DNA of 64,000 bases from the human T2T-CHM13v2.0 reference genome, Homo sapiens, in NCBI RefSeq assembly GCF_009914755.1, contig NC_060927.1; one strand, given 5' to 3'. The notes under the pieces were generated by a model, which saw only the letters and a program-made list of their open reading frames with translations, had not been told where the DNA came from and did not search any database. The position numbers were made by a program, and so were the translations under genes. Positions 54,453 through 64,000 of this stretch are shown here, in pieces; position 1 is the first letter of the stretch, and each line of letters begins with the position of its first letter.

Positions 54453-55234
54453 TAGGGAACATGTGAAGAGCATACCACTGATTGAGGTGAATAAAGACAA
54501 GCTTTATACCAATAATGCAAAATTTGTCAGGTGGCAATGAGTGAGGCAAGATAGGCAGAAAAATTCACTCCAATGCCCTTCTAGTAGTGTCTTTTCTTTC
54601 AAGATAATTATCAGGCTTTTGTTGATTTGCTTTGTTCTTAAATTTACTTCCTCTATGGGACTTTTCTGATAATGCTAGTCTTTTGCAGTAATTAGAGCTG
54701 TTACAAGACTTCACTCTTTATACTGCATTGTCCTGTTTGTCTGCGATTAACTGGGCTTTGGCAAATAATATCATTCAGTGATGTGGGTAGAAACGATCTG
54801 GCAGGAGCTAGTGGTGATATGGAAGATTTTATCTAGGACACTTCATCCCCAGTTCATTCTGCGACCCATCAAGTGCCATTTTCTTTCCACTTAACAAATA
54901 CTGTTCTGTATTGTTCTAATCTTGTTATTTATTCCATTGGCCTTAATATGCCTATTCTTCTGTGAATTTCATGCATGGCATTAAAATGACTATGAATAAA
55001 AATTAACCTTCATTTTTACTATAAATCAGTTAATCCCGGAGTTGCAAATTACTTAAATACGTCTGTCTTAGTCTTTTAGCCCTTGTGCCCCACCTTTCTT
55101 TACTTTTTGGTTCAATGGGGTAAGATGTAAGAAGAAATTGTAAACTGTAATAAAAAGTAAAAAGGATGATGAGAAAACTTCTCTAATTTGGTGAGTCTCA
55201 CAATTTATAATCGACAATGTCACTCAGAGGTGAC

Positions 55235-55375
55235 AGATTGCTAAAGCCACCGCTACCGTCCCCCAACCCCCAAGATTTCTGATTCAATAGTCTGGAGTGA
55301 GCAGATAATTTGCATTTCTATCAAGGTCCCAGGTAAACTGATATTGCTGGTCTGCAGATCACATTTTGAGATCTG
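55235..55375 (-). mobile_element. MER5A fragment
   Basis: 'ttctgattcaatag...atttgcatttctatcaaggtcccaggt'. Confidence 0.75.
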
Positions 55376-55446
55376 TTTAAGTCCAATGAAGCGTTGAATG
55401 AATTAAAATTACTCTTAATCTTTCATTTTCTATTCCATGAAATAAA

Positions 55447-55672
55447 TCTTTTCTCTTTCCTTCCTGCCTTCTTTTTTCTTCTTTTCTTTCTTTCTTTCTT
55501 CTTTCTTTCCTCTTTCTTCTTTCTTTCTTTATCTCTGTCTTTCTCTTCTCTCTCTCTCTTTCTTTCTTTCTCTCCTTCCTTCCTCTCTTTCTTTCTTTCT
55601 CCTTCCTTCCTTCCTTTCTTCCTTCCTCCTCTCCTCTCCTCTCCTCTCCTCTCCTCTCCTCTCCTTTTTTTT
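55447..55672. repeat. compound CT-rich microsatellite (Alu tail)
   Basis: (TTTC)/(TC)/(TTCC)/(CTCCT) blocks. Confidence 0.95.
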
Positions 55673-55953
55673 CAAATGCTCACTCTGTTGCCCAGGCTGG
55701 AGTGCAGTGGCATGATCATGGCTCACTACAGCCTTGACCACCTGGGATCAAGCAATCCTCCCACCTCTGCCTCCCAAGTAGCTGGGACCACAAGTGTGCA
55801 TCACCATGCCCAACAATTTTTTCTTTTATTTCTTGTAGAGACAGGGTATCCTTATATTGCCCAGGCTAGTCTTGAACTCCTGGGCTCAAATGATCCTCCA
55901 GCTTTGGCTTCTCAAAGTGCTGGGATTGCAGGCATGAGCCACTGCACCTGGCC
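55673..55953 (-). mobile_element. AluJ (Jo-like)
   Basis: Antisense dimer with J-type 'gatcatggctcactacagcc', 'ctgggctcaaatgatcctcc'. Confidence 0.93.
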
Positions 55954-56569
55954 ATTTATCTTTTTCTACTCACTCAGTTCAATCACTTTAAATAAATAGT
56001 GGTGTCCTTTAGCAAGACATCAAAGCCTCATCAATTTTTGCCACCTTAGCTCTTCACAGATTCTTTCTCCATCCCTTCAACATGCATCCACCTACCCCTT
56101 TGGCTATATAGTTGGGCTTCCCCAATGTTTCTCAATCCTGCAGCGTCTTAATGATATCTTTGAGAATAATTATCCTGGGTTTACCCAGGAACTCTCTTTA
56201 GGTCAAAATCTAATGTTTTCACAAAATAGTGGATAAGACACTTGGCTATTTCCTGGTTCTTCCTCTTGACTATAACACATGGGTTGGGAATGACCAATGA
56301 ACAAGATGAAGCCCCTGGGTGAACATACATCTTCTTTCCCAGGGAAAGGTTATTAATTTTTGATCTATCCCTTTAGTTACTTCATCCCCACACTCCCTGT
56401 TAGTCAAACAGCTAAATAGAAAGCAAATATATGGAAATAAAATGAAACAAACCTATGGCTCAGGGGCAGCAATCTTGCTGACATTTGGGCTCTTTCTCCA
56501 CATTCTGCAGTTTATAGGAACTAAAAAACATTCCAAACTTACAATAATATAAGATGTAATAAATATTCC

Positions 56570-57095
56570 TGATTGCTGCCATTTACTGAAGGTTTTAATA
56601 AGTGCCAGTAGACTACTGTTTTTCCATGCATTCTCCTTTAAACTACAAAACAGCTCCACAAGGCAATTATTACATCTTTTCACTGAGAAAAGTGAACCTT
56701 AGAAATTTGAATAGTTTGCTCAAGATCCCTCAGTTAATATTTGGTAGCACTGACCTTTGTGCTCAGATCTATCTGATTTCAAAGTCTATCATGTTCTCAA
56801 CTCTATCATGTGAAGGTCACCAGGACACTTGAAAAATATATAACCACTCTGATGAAAGGGAAGCATAATTTTGCTATGAGAAGCCAGCTGCAGCAAATGT
56901 TAAGTGACTAGTAACTAATGATAATAAAAGTAATAATCACAATAACATTTATTGTAGGCTAACTCTCTTTCAGGCCATATGCTTCACATGATTTTTCTTA
57001 TTCAATCCTCTGAACAACAGTATGATATAGGTATTGTTACTATCATTCCATAGACGTGAAGACTCAGAAAGATTAAGTAAGTTACTCAGGGTTCT
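56570..57095 (-). mobile_element. two MIR fragments
   Basis: 'ctgagaaaagtgaaccttagaaattt' and 'gactcagaaagattaagtaagtt'. Confidence 0.65.
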
Positions 57096-57134
57096 ATGCC
57101 CCCTTACTCTCATACCCCAGTAAGTCAAAATGGT

Positions 57135-57468
57135 ATATCATAGTCAGTTCAGATGGTCTGCTTTAACAAAATACATTACAAAATACATTAGGCTGGGCTA
57201 TTTATAAACAACAGAAATTTATTTCTCACAGTTCTGTAGACTGGGAAGTCTGAGATAAAGGCTCCAGCAGATTTGGTATTTGGTGAGGAGGGCTTGCTCT
57301 CTGCTTCAAGATGGTGCTTTGTTGCTGTGTCATTGCATGGCAGAAGCAGTGAAAGGGCGAAAGGAACTAAAGCTGTGTCCTAAAATCCTATTATAAGGGC
57401 ACTAATCTCATTCATAAGAGCCCCACCTTATAGCCTAATCATCTTCCAAAGAACCAACCTCTTAATCA
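57135..57468 (-). mobile_element. MST/MLT1A-type MaLR LTR
   Basis: 'acaacagaaatttatttctcacagttctgtagactgggaagtc...ataagggcactaatctcattcat'. Confidence 0.88.
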
Positions 57469-58013
57469 GTTCTAGGTTTGGCTCTGGCATCAATCACATC
57501 AAAGCTTGCATTTGTACAGTGCTTTAGAGTTTCAATGGATTTTCAGTGCATTTTAATTAGTTTACTTTCTGACTCTATGCAAGTTTCATAGAGTCAGATG
57601 ATCTGTGAAATTTGTAAAATAGGGTGGTGAGATAATAAGTTTTTTCAGGCTACTTTCCCGACATGCTCTAATTACGTGAGTCATTCTCATAAATTTTGTC
57701 CACAATTCTGCTTTCATTTCTAGATAAGCAGAAGATGAGAGACATTCTTTTCATGTTTTATAATAAACTTTTACTTACACAAATCTTACGTAAGCATTTA
57801 AGAGAATAAAACGTGCTCATATGAAAGCAAACAGTACAGAATTCTAAAAGGTAAACACTACCTTTGTATCCTGATTCTCATCTTCCCCATCTCATATCCA
57901 GAAGAAAGAACTCTTAGGTTTATTTAGATTCTTTAAAATATATTCTGTATAACAAAATCAATTTCCAAACCTTCTTTCCTGTAGACACCCAGACTTCCTC
58001 CTGAGGGGTAAGT

Positions 58014-58020
58014 AAAAACA

Positions 58021-58050
<30 letters not shown>
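58014..58050. repeat. (AAAAAC)n/(AAAAC)n
   Basis: Directly visible. Confidence 0.9.
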
Positions 58051-58051
<1 letters not shown>

Positions 58052-58289
58052 TTAGAATAATGGTATAATGCATTTTGTTGATGTGTTTGCCCATATTTGA
58101 AAGAAATAAGAAGACAACAAGACCTAATCAAGTCTAGTCCGTGGGAACATGTTAAATTTGTCAAAATTTGACTTCATTGTCTTCTACTAGTTTATGGAAT
58201 TTCTTAGAGTCTTCTGAGAGTAAGGCTGTGTTAAGCACCTTATTAGCCAGGTAGCCCAGCACCACCCCATGGGAGCAGGGGAAGGCAGC

Positions 58290-58500
58290 AGCCATAGTGG
58301 CCCAGAGCACAGACCTTCCACCTGGACCATGTGGATTTAGATCTCAGTGCTGATCCTCACTACTTGTGTGCTTTTGAGCAAGTTACCTTTTTGCCTCAGT
58401 TTCCCCATTTGTAAGGTTGTTATGGGTATTACATAAATTAACATTCAAGAATTTCAAGTGCCTAGAAAACAGTAAGCACTGAATAAGGGTCTATTAAATA
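58290..58500 (+). mobile_element. MIR
   Basis: 'gagcaagttacc...gcctcagtttccccatttgtaa'. Confidence 0.8.
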
Positions 58501-59459
58501 AAGAATGAAGAATCTCCTTCTGAAATAATTTCTGATAGATCATCTTGTTCACAGTTGTTCCTGAATGCCTAACATGAATCTAGGACAATTTTAGTTGCTC
58601 AATTAACTTTTTTATAAATGAACTATATTTGGATATTTTCAGAGTTAGGAATCAGAACTCCATGAATAAACTCATTTCATAGTTGGATAGTTCTAGATAA
58701 CAGAAAATATTTTCTTCTAGTAAGTCAAAAGTTGCCACCCTTATTTCTACTCATTACTCCTAGTTCCAAATGCTGCAACACCTCACGACTACTGCAGACC
58801 ATTAAATTGGTGGCAGCTGTTTATACATTTTGAAGTTTGCTTTCCATTCTTTCTCTTTTTAGGGCTAAACATTCCTGAAGAATTATATTATAATCTAGCA
58901 TCCGGATACCTTGTCTCCTGGACTACCAACATTTTCTTCTCAGAACTTTCCTCCTTCTAGCTTTACTCTACTCACAAAATTTTTTAGCTATTTGAGAATC
59001 CTTAATATGGCTGAGTAGTGATTTTTTAAAATTTATCAAATGAAGCTTTATCTGACTGTGATTCATTTGTTAAAACTCATTTCTATGATAATTTGATGAA
59101 TTAACTCAAGTTATTTACGCTTTATAGAAGTTTCATTTGGTATCAAGAAATAAACTGAATAAACAATTACAAAAATATGTTACTTTAGGCTTTTGATATA
59201 TTTGATTTTTGTTTTCATTGTTCTGTAACTTGGTAAGCAAGACACAAGAGTAAAAAAAGCTTTGGGCTTTGGAGTCAGGCTGACTTGTTTTCACTTCTAT
59301 CTGTGTTATCATGGACAGTGTGCTATTCATAAAGCATTTGGAAGAATTAGATGCAATAGTGGATGTGAGATCAATTAGCTCAGGTTTTGCCACATAGCAG
59401 GGCACTTAAGAATTTTAGTTGTCTTTCAAATGTGTCTCTAGTTTTTTGGATTCCATAGA

Positions 59460-59990
59460 ACTTGGATCAGACCCCAATTATGTTTTTACCTTGCTAGTTG
59501 TTTGTTTCTCTCCTTCTAATCCTTATTATTACCGGAATTATATTTCTAAAATACAGATTTTGTCATATCACTGGCCATTGTAGAAACTTCTGGTGACATC
59601 TATTGCTTAAATGAGAAAGCCTTTCTTGCTGAACAAGACATCGTAATCTATTTCCCTAGCTTTACATCTGGCCATTTCCCCCTTTTCCTAGTCACATCGT
59701 GCAGGCAAGACTGACATGTGGCAGACATTTTTACATCTTTGGACCTTTGCACATGTAGTTATTTTTAACCTAGAATGCTTTCCACCTTCTGCTTTACAAT
59801 AACCTGTTACCTTATTAAATCCTTCCTGTTCTTCTGTGTTCAATTCAGATGCCATCTTTTCAATAAAGACGTCCTTCCTGGATCTCCTAGACACAATCAT
59901 TTGCCTTTTTTTACTGGCTTAACATTGCTTACACCTGTTTTATAATTCATTGTATTTTAGATATTTGTTCATGTGTAATTATAGTTGTAA
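59460..59990 (+). mobile_element. L2 fragment
   Basis: 'ttctaaaatacagattttgtcatatcact...ggacctttgcacatg...cctagaatgct'. Confidence 0.7.
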
Positions 59991-60278
59991 TCACATTTCA
60001 GGTAGTACCTTATAGTTGTAAAATATTTCCACTTGCATTTGATCTTTATAATCATTCTGCAAATCAGGACTCTCATTTCATGTATGAATCAAGTTGGAAA
60101 CAATAGAGTCTCTGTTGAATAAGGTAGAATTTCAATAATGTATATAGCATTTATATAAACTTCCTGTGTGTGAGGCACGAGTTTAAATGCCTTGCAGGTA
60201 TTAATTCCCTACTGTAGCTAGTAGTAATATCGTAAGTTAGATATTACTACTGTATTTCACTTATTTAAAGATATATCT

Positions 60279-60786
60279 TGTTCCAGTAACCTATTATTGC
60301 ATATAAAACTCCCCCAAATGTAGTACCCTAAAATAACAAGCATTTATTCTTTCCATGAGGCTAGAGGGTGGTTCTGTTGATTTGGATAGGCTCGGGTGTT
60401 CATAGATGAGCTTGATCATATAACTGTGGTTAGCTATCTGTAGGCTGGGGAATAGGCCATCCTAGCAAGACCTTGGTTAGGATTAATTGGCTCTATTCCA
60501 CATGGTCTCTCATCTTTCCAGCAAGCTAGCTGGCGTTTATCTTCCTGGAGGCAGCAGAGTTCTAATACTGCAAGCAGAACCGTGAAAGACCTCTTAAGCC
60601 TAGTTTTGGAATGGGTGAACAATGAAGCTTGCACATTGTATTGTCACAAAAAAGTCATGAAACAAGCAGAGATTCAAGCGTTGGAGAAGTAGATGTCTTG
60701 ATGGGAGGAGCTGCACATCATCTGGCGAAATCTATGGATTCGGGGACAGGAAGAATTGGGGCCATGATTGCAATTCATCTACCACA
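60279..60786 (-). mobile_element. MLT1 (H-J-like) LTR inserted next to a MIR
   Basis: Ends 'ttgatgggaggagctgc...gaagaattggggccatgattgcaattcatctaccaca'. Confidence 0.75.
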
Positions 60787-61194
60787 CACCTTTTTTCCTC
60801 CCATTGTAGCATCTCTAAAATTGGTCTTATGATTAATATTGTCTTGGAGTGGCTTCAGCCTGGATTTTCATCTAATTCTTCCAGAGGCAATTGGGATTTG
60901 CTTTTGCCAGTCACCTGTAGCATGATCAACCTCAATTTTCTTTTGAGGTTTTTCAGACCACACTAGCAGTGTTAATTTAGCCTGCAGAACTACATGGCTA
61001 CTGGCTGTTGTTCATGTCATCAGGGAACATAAATTTTCCCTTTCGCCATTCTGGGCCAAAGTGGAGGCATGTAAGTTTTCTGGTAACATTTTCTGTGGGT
61101 CAGATCTTTTTCTCATTTTCCATGCATTGAGGACATCGTCCTTTGGTATATGTACTTTATGAAGGGTTTGCCCTTTATCTCCCCGTTTTTGGTG

Positions 61195-61266
61195 ATTTTT
61201 CTTTTGCAGTAGTAGAAAAATAATGGTGTGTCTTACAATCAAAGGCGCCTTAGATAAAATATAGTA
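61195..61266. mobile_element. Kanga/MER104-like DNA transposon terminus
   Basis: 'aaaataatggtgtgtcttacaatcaaaggcgccttaga'. Confidence 0.45.
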
Positions 61267-61470
61267 TATCTTTACTTTAAAGAAGAGAAATTTGACCCAA
61301 GGTGAGTTTAATTAAACTGACAAAGACATAACAGACACAGCTATTAAGTACTAGAAGAAGAAGAATGTAAGTCCAAATAGTCTATAGCCACTGCCATTAG
61401 TGAATTTATGAAACTAAATATTTAGTCTTAAAAATTACATTATAACTTAGAAATATCCTTATATTATGCT

Positions 61471-61751
61471 TTTTTTAAATTTTTTATTTATTTAATTTTT
61501 TTTATTATTATACTTTAAGTTTTAGGGTACATGTGCACATTGTGCAGGTTAGTTACATACGTATACATGTGCCATGCTGGTGCGCTGCACCCACTAACTC
61601 GTCATCTAGCATTAGGTATATCTCCCAGTGCTATCCCTCCCCCCTCCGCCCACCTCACAACAGTCCCCAGAGTGTGATGTTCCCCTTCCTGTATCCATGT
61701 GATCTCATTGTTCAGTTCCCACCTATGAGTGAGAATATGCGGTGTTTGGTT
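61471..61751 (-). mobile_element. young, severely 5'-truncated L1 (L1PA2-like)
   Basis: 3'UTR 'ggtgcgctgcacccactaactcgtcatctagc' (GAG, non-Ta), 'gtgatctcattg', 'gagaatatgcgg'; TSD tattatgcttttt at 61462 and 61752. Confidence 0.95.
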
Positions 61752-63627
61752 TATTATGCTTTTTATCACCTGTTGTTTGGATAATCTTTTTTTCTGATAG
61801 TAGATGGGGATTACAGTATAAATAATTTAATATATAACACATACATATGGGATGTAAAGTAAATAATATGCTTCATCTTCCAAGAAAGACATACTATTAA
61901 TGACCTAACTTAACGAAGTTAATAATATATGTGATTCAAATTGTGTGGTAAGGCCATTAAGAGAGACTTCCCTGCATTTTTTTTAACACTTCTATGATCA
62001 TCCCAGTGTAGTTATCACTGTCTCCATCATTGTATAATGCTGAATTCCCCATTAGGCCTATCACTTTATCTTTTGACTAACAGCATTGTTTATCTACAAA
62101 ATTATTCACTGTTAACTACAGAGGCCACATAATTATTTGACTCACCCAAACTCTTTAATTCAAATAATTAATATACAATGAGCAATCAATAACTATTACT
62201 TAGAAGGTAATTAATTAAACCCCCAATAACAAGAACATTTTTATATAGCTGTACAGTTTTCTGATGTAAACATTTTAATATTAAGTTTTTTAATTTTGCA
62301 AAGAAAGAACTATATTTTTGCCCTACGTTGTTTTTTTTCCACCTAGCTTTAGAGTTTAGGAATATTAAAGATTTTGTTTTTAATTCCATACATGTTGAGA
62401 TAAGCTCTGAAATATTTTCCAATAAAGAAGCACAAGTTTTCCTTAAGCTGTAAAGCAACAGTGGGATATTAAATATTTAAAACCCCCACAAAGTTTTCTC
62501 TCTTAGCTGCCAACCCTCTCTAAAAAAAATGCATTAAAAGAATTCCCTCCAGTCTCCATAAGAGCCTCACATTTCATTAATAAAGGTAATACCTTTTCCT
62601 CTATGCTGTAAATAAATCTAAAATTTCTTCTTACTGAAAACTCCTCAGAGTAAACATATACAATTTTTTTTTTCTTATCAAGCTGTAAGGAGGCCCCCAA
62701 ATAGATTTTTCCCACCTACAAATAACCAGGCAGTAGTTATTGGGAAGTGCCATATGTTTCTCGGTCTGGCACCTTGGTAAGTGGCTTTTTAATTTTCTTC
62801 CAGTTGGAGATGTGCCACGTCAAACTGTAATACTAATAAATAAGACAAATAGTTCAGCATCTTTTTAATTTCTTAAGTATATTTTTGGGCATATTTAACT
62901 CACCAGAATTGGGAGTTGACATATGTAATATCCATATTTCTTTTGGGTAAATAAAACAGTGATTTACTAATGAATAAACATTCTTCAATTATTTTTTGAC
63001 GCTTAAGATTTTCTCTGAAATGCTGTATTTTAAAATTTTGGCCTCATTTTTTTTTCTGCTAGCCTTTTACTTGGTAGTTCTCTCTTCTTGCTTTTTGCAC
63101 CGCGTTATGTTAGCTCAAAGAGACATTTCTTTCAGTCTCAAAGTGTGACTAAAACATAAAATATTAAGCTGCAACTTTTGATAATCACATAGTGACTATG
63201 GTAATATGTAAATGTTTCTCTTTCAGAGTCAACATTTCAGGTAATTTTGTTCCCTTTAAAATTCATTTTTCAGTCTAAATTCATTTATGTTCAGCATAAA
63301 TCTTTAAAAGTTATTTTTGCTCAACGTATTATTGGTGGGTGATATAGTAACATTAAGAATAAAAGTAGTAAATAACATCACACTAGGAAATGTTTTAAAT
63401 GATTTATTTGCCACAAAATAATACAGTTAAATCAAAGAAAATGTGTAATGCTTTTTAGTTTCAAAAACTAAATGAAAAGACTGCTTAATACATACGTACA
63501 CAAACTGCATAAGGAGTAGATGTGTTGTATTGATTTGAAATTTACAGAACTACCATAGTGTAGAGAAATTCTGAAAGCTTTTCTGTTTTTTCTTAACCTG
63601 TTGAGAAGTGGAATGAAATTAAGCCTG

Positions 63628-64000
63628 GGTGGTAGCCTCCGAAGATGACTGCCATCACTTCTGTCTGTGTCTGTGCATGAAAACCACTCCTCCTTCCAAA
63701 GGTACTACCAGCTGAATTCTCCCTGCAATTCTGAGCTGGTTCTGCAACTGCTCCAATTAACAAAGTGTCGTGGAAGTAGCATTCCAGAGGCTTTAAGAGG
63801 ACAGAGAGCTTCCTATTCCTTCCTTTTGCAGCATTCCCTTTTGTAACCCAGGTGCCTTGCTATGAGGAAACCCTAATAGTTGCATTGGATAGCTCCACAT
63901 AGAAAAGAACTGGGTGCTCTGGCTGACAGCCCCAACTGAGCTCTCATCTGGTAGCCAGCATCAATTTTCAGCTATATGATTAAGACTATTTGGACCTTGC
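63628..64000 (+). mobile_element. MLT1G/H-like LTR running off the window
   Basis: 'ggtagcctccgaagatgactgcca...ctggctgacagccccaactgagct'. Confidence 0.75.

Noticed and set aside
55394-55999. 201-aa ORF
   Set aside because: F/L/S low-complexity translation of a CT microsatellite plus an antisense Alu.

Overview
AT-rich, CpG-poor primate (most likely human or other great-ape) non-coding DNA, either intergenic or deep-intronic. I can support no protein-coding exon, tRNA, rRNA or CRISPR array. The long ORFs that resemble anything recognisable derive from L1 ORF1/ORF2, THE1-int, Alu or microsatellites. Much of the window is decayed interspersed repeat: L1PA2 to L1ME fragments, a two-LTR THE1 provirus with a 5-bp TSD, four Alus and a FLAM, HSMAR2, Tigger2b/MER2/MER8, MER1B/MER5A, MLT1/MST, MIR and L2. 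These form two nested stacks (~20-31 kb, ~40.6-50.8 kb). Two repeat-poor islands (~5.7-9.9 kb, ~14.3-20.3 kb) hold splice-signal-flanked non-coding exon candidates and homeodomain-motif-rich enhancer-like DNA. I found no convincing new biological system. The best leads are the candidate non-coding exons, a 35-bp tandem repeat that triplicates a ROR/REV-ERB plus forkhead motif, tail-less internal L1 inserts, and a ~135-bp monomer array in an old L1 5' region. Repeat subfamily names come from recalled consensus sequences, not a database search, and boundaries of old repeats are approximate.
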